Below are positions 52,248 through 62,556 of a stretch of 64,000 nucleotides of DNA, piece after piece (positions within the stretch are counted from its first letter, which is position 1; each line of letters opens with the position of its first letter). The notes under the pieces are model-generated. The model saw nothing but the letters and a program-made list of their open reading frames with translations. It did not search any database and was not told the DNA's origin. The position numbers and the translations under genes are program-made. The stretch is from Raillietiella orientalis (Eukaryota): assembly GCA_036172245.1 (NCBI GenBank), contig JAYWIR010000065.1, positions 310,001 to 374,000 of the forward strand, read 5' to 3'.

Positions 52248-53056
52248 CACGCTGGGACCCGAAAGATGGTGAACTATGCCTGGCCAGGACGAAGCCAGAG
52301 GAAACTCGGGTGTAGGTCCGCAGCGATCCTAACGTGCAAATTGGTCGAAAGAGCTGGGTATAGGGGCGAAAGACGAATCGAACCATCTAGTAGCTGGCTC
52401 CTTTTGAAGTTTCCCTCAGGATAGCTGGCGCTCGCTGGAGCGGAAAAAGGACGGAGTCTCATCCGGTAAAGCGAATGATTAGAGGTCTTGGGGCCGAAAT
52501 GACCTCAACCTATTCTCAAACTTCAAATGGGTGAGAAGTCCGGCTTGCTTGAACGCTGAGACTCGGACTGTTGGATCCATGAGCGCTACAGTGGGCCCAT
52601 TTTGGTAAGCAAAACTGGCGCTGTGGGATGAACCAAACGTTGGGTTACGGCGCCCGGTGGGACTCTCATCAGATCCCATGAAAGATGTTGGTTGCTATGG
52701 ACAGCAGGACGGTGGCCATGGAAGTCGGAATCCGCTAAGGAGTGTGTAAGCAACTAGCCCTGAAAATGGATGGCGCTCAAGCGTTGAGCCTGCTCCCAAC
52801 AGCCTGGACAGAGCCGTTCCTGCCTTCCGGGCACGTTGCGGAGGAACGGCAGGTTCCTCAGGTTCCGGCGAGTAGGAGGGTCACGACGGTGAGCGCAGAA
52901 GGGTTTGGGCAGGAGCTCGCCTGGAGCCTCCGTCGGCGCAGATCTTGGTGGTAGTAGCAAATACTCCAGTGAGATCCTAGAGGTCTGATGTGGAGGAGCG
53001 TTTCCATGCGAACAGCCTTGGAGCATGGTTCAGTCGATCCTAAGTCTCCGGAGAAA
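52248..53056 (+). rRNA. 28S (LSU) rRNA fragment, isolated and diverged (rRNA pseudogene)
   Basis: Conserved eukaryotic LSU blocks: GGGACCCGAAAGATGGTGAACTATGCCTG, GGGTATAGGGGCGAAAGAC, GTTTCCCTCAGGATAGCTGG, ACAGCAGGACGGTGGCCATGGAAGTCGGAATCCGCTAAGGAGTGTGTAA, GCAGATCTTGGTGGTAGTAGCAAATA, CAGTCGATCCTAAG. Several substitutions and indels fall in normally invariant positions, and no other rDNA flanks it. Confidence 0.95.
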
Positions 53057-53243
53057 TTTACAGATTTAAGCATGGCTTAATTCACAGATTTTGAGAATTG
53101 GAATTTCTTGAACATCTGATCTATTCAATGTAAATCCCAAGTATCAGTTACTATTGAAGTAAGCAGAGTTTCAGCTTATTCTCTTCCATTCCAAAAATAA
53201 ACCATTCATAAAATGTTTGTAGCCTTCCTATTTCGAAAGGTAT

Positions 53244-53462
53244 GTTTGTTCATGGAGGAGTTAACACTTAGAGGAACTGGGGATCGACTGGGAAGGTTGC
53301 ATGGATTTTGCTTTAACATCCATAGATTTGTCCAAGTGATATTTTGGTCGAGCGAATTCTCGAGACTGCTAAACAGCAGGAAAGGTTGAATACAGCAACG
53401 CGTGTCGATGCGATAGAATCGTCTTCCAGGATACTAACCTCAAAGTTCCACAGGTTCACAAG
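53244..53462 (+). repeat. Diverged direct repeat, copy 1 (~210 bp)
   Basis: Shares colinear blocks (AACACTTAGAGGA, GGGGATCGACTGGGAAG, CCATAGATTTGTCCAAGTGAT, AACAGCAGGAA, TCTTCCAGGAT) with 54995-55222. Confidence 0.9.
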
Positions 53463-54994
53463 ACCAGAATTCACAGGACAAATAGTTATACGTTGCCTCT
53501 GGTCCTCTACACTGCCTGCAAGTCACTGCTTGAAAGAATACGAAGCAGGTCGATGCTCAAAGACGGCAAAAAAAAAAAAAAAAAAAATGCTCTTTACCTG
53601 GAATTACATTGAGTGGTTTTCGAATTCTCCACAAAAACTATCTATTTGTCTCTTTCCTTTCTGCTTTCCGTAAGTGTTAGCTTAGCAGATCTCTGATCTC
53701 GGGACCACCGTGGATCAATGGAGTTCACGGCACGCTTTTCATTCGACTCAGAAACCGTAGAGTCCGTCTCACCAGGGAAGATATTTTTGCCCTTATTTCT
53801 TACATGCTCAGGTAACAAACTGTCCAATGAAAGAGATCTCAAAGAAACTTTCCTCTTGATCAATTACAGAAAGGTGGATGCTTGTTCCATTTTCATTCTT
53901 ATTGGGTAATTGCAGCAAGAGCAAGATGAATTATGAAAGCGATTGTGCTGACCATTCCTCTGAGAAATCACTTGAGAAGAACAAACTCCGACTGTTTGCT
54001 GGCAATGATAAATCAACCTGATGAGAAACGTTGTTTCTTAGCAACTTCCATGCTTTATTTAATACATCACTGTCAATGAAACGATGAATAGTTTATTGGT
54101 TTCCTTTTTGTTCTGCAAGCTGAAAAATAGCAAACATCATTGGCAATGGAGACATTGAATAATCATAGCATTAAGCGTAAGAAAGTGAGTCGATAAATAG
54201 GAAAGGCTACTTGAAATTTGCTGACCGACGGGAAGCGAGGGCGGCTCTCCGAGCCTTCCTCCGATGAAACGCCTGCGTTCCAGCTTGAAGTGGCAAAAGG
54301 GAATCAGAGAAAAATGCGCCGGTTTGAGCCCATTGCTCATTTCATGGGGTCATGAGTGAGAGTATCTAACCACAAGCTTCTTTGAACAGGAGCACTCTTT
54401 TAAACGGCCTTTTTTTTTCTTTTTTTATCAGAAACTCGTATCGATTCAAGGTATGCTCTTCATCATGAGTTGGCTTCTCTCCGATCTTTGATTGCTGTTT
54501 ATTATATTTGTAGCTGGACTGATGGCTGAACCAGCGGATGATTTGAAGATCAGTGAACGAGTTTGCCATCCATAAACATGAGCAATTATTTACGAGCTCA
54601 GGCCAGAAAATGGCGCGAACCCATGAGCTCATCTGCGCACGAAGAATCCCCATGGAAACCTGCATTTAACTGAGTTTGGTTAGAGCAGAAGAATTGTTTG
54701 CATAGAACTGTTTGGAGAGGGCTTAGATTGCAATCGGCAGTACCAGAGCACTGATACCAGATAGAAGGCGTCAGGAGATCTGCAACTCATCCTGGATGCT
54801 TCTGTGTCCAAGATCGACTAGTGAGAAGGATGCTCAAGTACTTCATCTCCGTGCTGGTCGAGTTTTCGAGTCCTCACTCCAGGAGGAATCCTCATCAATG
54901 AATTTTCTCCGGGAGGCATTCTCACTTCCCTGCTTTGTGATTATCGTTGAATCGAAAAACAAGTCTGCTTCGGTCACTCGAGAAATCAGCAACG

Positions 54995-55222
54995 GTTTGT
55001 TTCTTTGGGGAGGAGTTCAACACTTAGAGGAGCTGGGTGGGGATCGACTGGGAAGATTGCAGGGATAAGAGATTTTGCTTTAATGAAAAGAACCATAGAT
55101 TTGTCCAAGTGATGCCTTGGTCGAGCAACTTCTCAAGACTTCTGAACAGCAGGAAGGGTTGAACACAGCAACACGTTTCCATCTTCCAGGATGCCACACC
55201 CAAAACTTCACAGGTGCACAAG
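54995..55222 (+). repeat. Diverged direct repeat, copy 2
   Basis: Colinear with 53244-53462, with several indels. Confidence 0.9.
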
Positions 55223-56137
55223 GTTCATAAGATTATCCATTCTTACTCTTCATGATCTTATCCATCCTTCAATGCGATATTAATACATTCAAGTGCTGTT
55301 TCTCTGAAGTAGTAGTGAATTAAGGTTTTTCTTCACATTACTTCATTGTATATTTTTATGCACGAAAAGAATTTTAATTTCGTTAAAAATAATCATCAAA
55401 TTGTAATATAAAATTCGAATATTTTATTACTTAATTATCAATTGACACAGTATTCTGTTTGATACCTGATGTTTAATATAATAATTACAATAATATCTTG
55501 AGAGGTATTGAAGAATATCTTTCCATGTTAGATATAAATGTTTGGATTATTAATCAATAAGGATTATTCCCTAATACAATGAGGACATTCAAATAACATG
55601 ATGAGCTTAAGATTTTCATCAATCTATGGATTATAGAAATACTACTAATAATGCAAATTGCTTTTTTCTGTATTTTATGGAAGACTAGCAGCAAACGATG
55701 TGCAAATACACATCGCTTTCCTGCTCCTCTGAAAAATACAGTTCTTTCATGACCGTGATGCCGTCTAAATATCATGAGATCACGGATATTCTTGAGTCGG
55801 GTGCTCAAAATGTTCACGGTCCCTCAGGGCACGAGACTCGCGAGCCGCGTCTTAATTTCCCATCCAAATATCAGGACACTTAAGGAGGAAAAGCACGCGC
55901 GAAAGGCAATGTCTGCAAATTGGTGATCTCCCACAGATTGAAAAAAAAAGAACAAAGAAAAGGCGGAGGAGGGCTAGATTTCAACGGGATACAGTTTGTG
56001 CCCACTGCTGAAACGATGCTCGCGGATCTCTGTGGATTCCGTTTCAGGATGAATCCTGTAAATTTTGGAACCCGAGTTCAGGCTTCATCGATTCCTGGGT
56101 AACGATCTAGGGTTTCTGGTTCATTGTGTCTACGAAG

Positions 56138-56323
56138 GAAGGACATTTGCTGTGCTCCCGTGTCTGCGATTTCTCCTTTCCCTACTGCGGGAAATGTTAC
56201 ATCTGAGCTCACTTTAAGTGCAAATTCTTCGAGGTTGTGCTTTCCTGTTGCTGCTTTTTTAATTGCTGCCTCGTTAATTTTTTTTTTAATATATACCAAA
56301 CGCAAGAGGAGAGTTCACAGACG
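56138..56323 (+). CDS. Candidate transmembrane-encoding exon (possibly the 3' part of the Dpr-like gene)
   Basis: Frame reads ...AGNVTSELTLSANSSRLCFPVAAFLIAASLIFFLIYTKRKRR: a Ser/Thr stalk with NxT/NxS sites, a hydrophobic stretch and a basic stop-transfer cluster. Splice sites are weak and not phase-compatible with 29333 without another exon. Part of the hydrophobicity comes from T runs. Confidence 0.3.
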
Positions 56324-57360
56324 GTGTGCTACGATTTTTTTTTTTTTCAAACGCCATCTATTATGCTCACTTATGCATGTCATTGAAAATTTTCCTGAGG
56401 CTGCTTGAATCACCTCTTGTCGAGGCGTTCCTGAGTGAGTTTCTCCGTTTCCTTGTTCTTCCACGAATTCGCTACTTTACCAAACCGTTAAGTCCGTATC
56501 AGTGGTTCCAAATGATTATTTGTCAATGATGATCGTTATCTGTGATTTCCTTTATTACATCCCGTTCGTTCCGGGATCGGGAAGCAGGTGTGTCTGATAG
56601 AAGACTCTGGGCAGAGGGTTCCGAAGATGAGTTTTCTGCACCGCAGCTGCCACATTGGAGACCATGAAGACGCTTAACTGATCGAACTGTAACGTTCCCA
56701 GGAATGCTATTTTACCATCAAATTACAGAAGATTACGTCTTATCTTGTTTGATAGAGAAATCCGAATGGAGCCCACCGGCTTCAGACAGGCGAGGTTACG
56801 AAAAGATGAAAAACGTGTCAGAACTGCTTGCTGCTGGTTCTTTGAATAAACTTTGGTGTCACGAAGTGTGGCTGAAGGCTGCCTGAATTTTCTCAGAAGA
56901 TTTTGTTTTCATCGCAACTTCTTTCGCAAACACTAACTAAACACCAAATTGCTGTATCACTATTATTGCGAATTGTTCTAATGTCATCTCAGAGGAGTTT
57001 CTAGGAAACCCTCCGTTGTCAGGGCGGGAAGACGGATATTCCAAAACTTGCTTTTGTTTGCATTAGATTCCACCGCCCTGGGGAGTGTTGCACAGTGGCT
57101 CGGGTTCAATTTTCGATGAGATGACTCTGCCGCGTAACAGTACCAGTCTCAGTTAGTGGCAATCATAAGCTATTTTCCATCAACGTTCTGGAGTGTCTCT
57201 AGGAAACGCAACTAGCTTCATACTAGACGAGTTTGAGAAGAAGAAAAAAGCTTGCAGCCCTCAGGATAAAAATTGCTACTTCAAAGGCAAAGAGAGTCTT
57301 TAGACTTAAATTCACTGCTGAAGAGACTCAAGCTGAACAACTAAAGATGGACAGTTTAAT

Positions 57361-58436
57361 CGGAAGTTCACCTCGATTCGTCCACGTTCTTCAGCAGCCA
57401 TCTTGTCGATCTCTCTTTGCACTAAGAGGAATGTCAAATCGAAGAACATCGTTTGTTAATCCAGTGGCAAACAAGTCGTCCCAATCTACTCCAGAATAGG
57501 AAACTCCAGGTCGCGGAATCGCGAACTTGTCGTTGCTGACTACACGACCGGCCATTGCTACAAACTGGGACACTCATTGCTTGCTGCTGGTTCTTGGGAT
57601 AAACCCACAGCACTCTGCGTTTTCTCGACTTCTTCGTGTCACGGGATCGACATAGAAAGACTCGTTTGGTGGTCACGCGGGCATCGCAAATCCACAGACC
57701 GGAGCGGAAACCAGGATGCTCTTTTGGCGGCGTGAAAATAGAAAACCTCAACCTAGATTCATGAAATGTGAACATTTCAGGATTCCCGCGGTCTTGGAAA
57801 GTTTGGCATCCCACTTTGCCTTCAAGTTTATATCCGGCATCGGGGAAACCTCCTCCAGATCATGGACACAGGAAACCTTCACTAGGAACAGGAAAGCCTT
57901 CCTGCCAAGATAGCGTTCGGCATAACAACTCCGAGAAAGGAAGCAGCGTACGATGCGAGTTCATTAGTGTAACGCGGATTCGTATAACGTGCAACACCAC
58001 ATCCCCCGCGTTATACGGAGATCTACTGTACGCACACTGATTTTCGCCTCTTGGTTGAAGGGTCAGGGAGGAGACACACTGACTCCAACGCACCCCACCT
58101 CACCAGGGGTGTCCAAGGCATTACGTCCCTTAGGGACAAACCTGCAGCCCGCTTCCCGGTTCGCGGAACGACAAAGTTCTGCGATACGCACAATGGGAGA
58201 AAACGGAAGTCGCTTGACGCAAAACGGAGGAGGAGGAAATCCCATCGCGTACATATATTTATCGGGAGTTCTGCTATCGAGACAAGATGGCTGCTTCGGA
58301 AACGAACGGCCCCGAAGTTCGATTTTCGTCCTCCCGAGTATTTCTCCAGGCACACTTCCTGGCTCGCGAGCGTCAGGTTCGGCCTTTCCCCGCGCTTTCC
58401 GTGTTCTTCGACCGCTGCTTCGGCGCACCTGTAAGC
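57361..58436. promoter_or_regulatory. CpG-rich region with outward-facing YY1/Pho-like and ETS-like motifs (possible divergent promoter)
   Basis: AGCAGCCATCTTGTC (57393-57407) has its exact reverse complement at 58281-58295. CGGAAGT occurs at 57361 and 58204. A possible donor CCT|GTAAGC lies at 58431. Confidence 0.3.
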
Positions 58437-58819
58437 AGAACCATCAGCCATTTTGTCCGTCGGGACGTGCTCGCGGCTCATCGGCTGCCGCCGGTCGGGG
58501 ACTCATCCGTATCCGCTTCCAGCATCGGATTCCCGTGTACGTGTGTGATCTCGCGGAAGACCACGAGACCCCCCTCCCCGCTCTCTGTTTTTCCCACTCT
58601 CAGGAAACCCTTATTTCTTTCTTGAATCAGTGGAGCTGCTGTCGGCCGTCGTTCGTCCAAGAGAAAAACATTCTAGGACCTTTGTCCTCACTGAGATCGA
58701 TGTGCACTGGAGAGATCCACCAGCCGCTCTATCCATCTAGTCATGCTGAAAGTTCTAGACATGGGAACAAACTAAGTAACGAATTCTCCAGCCTACACTT
58801 CCTTGGAAGTGTCAATAAG

Positions 58820-61800
58820 GAAGGATTTGACTGGCGCAGCCTCCCATTCCGTGTCACGTTGCTGCAAGAGCTTAGTTTTGACCACCTGGGATCTGAGAGC
58901 TTGCTCGCAGAAACAAGTATGACGGGAAGCAATGAGATCCCGTGCTGTGCATGCTCTCTGTGGATCCCGTTCCCAGTGATCGAGGGTCGATTTTCAGGAT
59001 GTGTGTACCAAGGAACGTGGTGGTCGCAATTGCTTCATTGGGTCACGCTGAAGAGTGACAAGAATCCTGGATTCTCTTCTGACCAGGGAGGGGAAGGCCA
59101 AGGAGCAACAGACGCGTCCGGAGCCCAAGCGGTCGCGGTCGATCTGCGTGAAGCATTCGAATGTGTTGACGAGGAACTCTTTCTGGAGTCCCTGGAACAA
59201 ATGGAATTCCCGCTTGTTTCCCTGGTCCATCTGCGCTCCTTCTGTCGCAATGCGCTTATCAACATAGCTTTCAGCGACCGACACGTGTATGGCATGCCCG
59301 TTTGCCGCGGCATAAGACAGCGTGACAGCCTGAGACCCCTGCTCTTCAGCTTCTACTTCGAGTTGGTGCTGAGTGCATACAGGAAGACTTTGGCAACCCT
59401 GCCGAGCCCGTTTCCGGGCACACCTGCTGTGTATGCTAACGATCTTCTGCTGCTGCTCCTCATGTCCACCCCGGCGTCCGCACTCGAGGTTTTCTTAGAG
59501 TTGTTGCGTTGGGAGAGGGCCTAGTTTGTCGCCTGGATGCTCGAGGCCGTTTATTTAATGTAAAAATGAACATTTATAAAGACTATGTTCCAACCACGGG
59601 CTTTTAAAGGGGAGCCTGCCGAGTTACCATTACGGAGACCGATGGAGTTCGCCACGGAGGCAGAGGAAAGAGGGCAAACAAAAAGAAAATGAACATAAAC
59701 AAAAATAAATAGATAAACTTGGGAGGGTGTGGGAAGGGATCACATCCTTCTAAGGGCGATCCTTTGGATCCTTTCGCGGATGTCGGCAAACTCTTGTTTC
59801 ATACTATTCTTCAGGTGCGGCCATCTCGTTACCATCCTTATGAAGCGGGAGGCAGAGTGAACGTCATCTTTTTCAGTCCGTCCTTCTCTTGCGTTGCTCC
59901 AAGCCGTTACCATTTCCCGTGGTCAGCAGGGAGCTGCTAGCGAGGCTGCCGGCCGAAGAGCATTTCGTAGGAAAAAGGATCTTAAAGCGTCCCTGGAGTT
60001 GCCGCTGGGAGTTTCTAGGATCACGGCGAAGCGTTCCCAGAAAGGTTGGAGAGTAACACAATCCACAAGAAGGTGCAAGAGGGATTCAGGCTCCCCACAC
60101 CTGGCACAATTCGGGTTCACACACTTCCTTGTCCGGTGATGCCTGCGGGCGTTGCACAGGAGACCCCAGTGTAGCAGCATCACTGCCGACTCCTGCCACT
60201 TTAATGGCAGGGTGCGTCTGCCCAAAAGCACCAATAGCCACTGCAGTTCTCTCTCCGGAATATCCAGCAGCTCACCTCAGCGCAAAAATCCTCCAGGTGG
60301 AGCACTTGGGGTCACATAGTCTGTAAGCTGGCCCGTCGTCCACTCACTCAATCCTCTTCTCCTTCCGGCGATTTGCATATTAACCACCCATCTAGCCTCA
60401 AGGCTGCTGCCCATAAGTTCCACAGAACAGAGCTGCGGCGAGAAAGGACTTTTCTCGGGATCTTGAAGCATCTCCCGGAGCGAGCAGTTGTTGTAGGACT
60501 CGTACAGGAAACGTTGTGCATGTTTCGGACATCGCTATTGGTACCTTGCTCACGTGCGAACAGTTTCCTGCAACCAGGCACTTCCGTTCGCAAGTCAGCA
60601 GGAGATCCAGGTGTCATGGGTCCTAGTCAGGGTTGTCACCTGCTGGAGATGCAGTCCACAGTAGGAGATGTTGCGGCGACGGCACGCAAGGAAGGACGCA
60701 AGTCCCACGCTGCCGGTGGTTTGCTGGACGAGAAGGCGTGCAGGAACGCACCAATAGATGATGCTCCACATCTTCGCCACAAGGACAACTATCCTAAACT
60801 ATGGCTGAAGCTCCATTCGCTCTAGTGTCAAGAGGCCGAGGCCGCCGTCACGACGCGATGGAACGGGCCTGGAGGTGAACAGGGAGAAGTAGTCGATAGT
60901 GTCGCTTGGCGTAGCATGGACCGGATGGTCTCACTGGATCCTCTTGGGGATCTCCACGGGCAAATACTTTAAGTACCATGGCGTTCCATTGGGGAATTTC
61001 TGAGCAGAAGCCTGGTCTGAATGTCTCCAAAAGCAGAGATGGTTCTCGGCCTGTTGCAGAACGGAAAGTTTTGCCTGCCGCATCGAGTTGTGGTGTGGAA
61101 CTCGTTTGTGGTTCCCCTTCTCCTTCTTCTGCTTTTTGCTCCCCTGCCCTGCCATCAGAAGGAGGACCGAGGACCTGCTGAGGGCAGTCCTGTGGGACAC
61201 AGGGAGGTCCAGAGTCCGGTCAAAAGGCCTGTGTGATCCTCGTTGGGATGGTGGGCGGGCCCTCATTACGCTGGAGTGAATGGAGCATCAGCTCCAATAT
61301 AAAAGGCTCCCCCTTGTGGAGAAGCTGTGGACGACGTCTTGGTGCGTGCTAGCAAGCTTCCTCTCCAAGCGAGCTACTGGCTGCGACGGACTAGCATCGG
61401 TCCTCGTCAGCAGCCACCGCAGGACGACCTAGCTTCCGTAGATGGTGACCTTTGCGAAGGAAAACGCGTGGATCTCCTGCCGCCCCGCGCTATGCACTGC
61501 CTGGCTTCAGGAATCCTTTGGCGCATGGGAGCAAGTGCGAGACAGAGTTCGCCTATCTGCAGCATGTTAGGATCGCTCGTCGGTCGCTGCAGGAGATCCT
61601 CAGCAACCCTCGCAAGATGCCGTGGGCTTCGTTTACTCCTCTTGTCCCAGTGCTGCCCTCCCTAAGGGAAGCGATGAACAGTGAGGTGGAAAGTGATGTA
61701 CTGCATTGCAGCAAAAAGGAAACTTCTGGGTACGTGGACAACACGGGAGCTAATGGACTCTGCGACCCCGAGTGTTTCACCACAAGAACTTCTACGTTGG

Positions 61801-62556
61801 GCCGAGCTGCTCGCTATCCTTCCAAATGACATGAAGTGTTCCTAAGCATTCTGGAACAGTGGCACCTTCCTTCTTAAGAGGCAGGATGTGGCGTTGCTGG
61901 TCTTGCATTGGGGAATCCCATGCAAAACAAGCACATCTTCACTACGAGATACGGGGGAGGGTGAGTGCGGGAGAGAGAGAGCCTCTCGCACCTGCTTCTA
62001 GGCTAAGCTGCCATCCGACTCTTTGGGGATTACCTAGAGAAGACCCTTGGAATCCCAACGGGTGGCCTAGGGACATTTTGAAACGCCTCTTCGTGCGTGC
62101 CGCGCTGCTGCCCCTCGTGTCTCTCTCAGTTCCCTGCTGTCTTCGCGGAATGCAGAAGGCCTGGAACGCTGGAAGAAGAGGCCAGAATAAAAGGGACGTC
62201 TCAAGAAGATTCCCTACCCACTGGCTGTGAATCTTCTTGAGGAACACCATGAGATGGCCCTACCTGGGCAACACCCAGAGCAATCTCGCCAGTTTCCTGG
62301 ACAGGACGCAGAGGACTCCTCCATTTTCCCCCTTCTAGCGAAAAACTTTTTCGTTTTTTTTTCTTGTTTGCTTATTCTTTTTGTTTTCTATTTTCCCTTC
62401 CTCTTCGCTGCCTACGTGGACCTCGCTGGTCTGCGTAGCGACCAGCTGGCTGGTACAATGCGCTTTTCATAGTGCGTGGTAGAACCACGTCTTCCACCAC
62501 AAAAATGCGAATTTATTATTTTATGTAATAAATGCCAGGCAAAACCGGGTGAAAAA
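58820..62556 (+). mobile_element. Decayed L1/Tx1-like non-LTR retrotransposon, family 1 (RT domain through 3' end), interrupted by a nested copy
   Basis: RT motifs VDLREAFECVD (DxxKAFD), RGIRQRDSLRPLLF (GxRQGDPLSPLLF) and VYANDLLL (YADD) precede the insertion. After it come TGLEVNREK, FKYHGVPLG, LWDTGRSRV...LCDPRWDGG, WISCRP and LVLHWGIPC. The 3' end is AATAAATGCCAGGCAAAACCGGGTGAAAAA (62527-62556). The 5' boundary is uncertain and the EN-RT linker appears largely deleted. Confidence 0.88.
59522..60862 (-). mobile_element. 5'-truncated family 1 element nested antisense inside the RT domain of the 58820-62556 element
   Basis: Begins at RRDGGLGLL and contains WISC and LLHWGLLCNARR...CARCGEPESLLHLLVDC. 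Ends AATAAACGGCCTCGAGCATCCAGGCGAC. The host frame is split at WERA|TGLEVN. Confidence 0.9.

Noticed and set aside
49599..57102. Repeated TGCACAGTGGCTCG (Transib/RSS-like CACAGTG)
   Set aside because: Both copies are in the same orientation with no inverted partner, and 14-mer matches are expected by chance in 64 kb.
57989..59524. The 511 aa ORF as a real gene
   Set aside because: It looks chimeric: only the C-terminal part has degenerate RT motifs (YAND instead of YADD), and the stop is supplied by the nested insertion.
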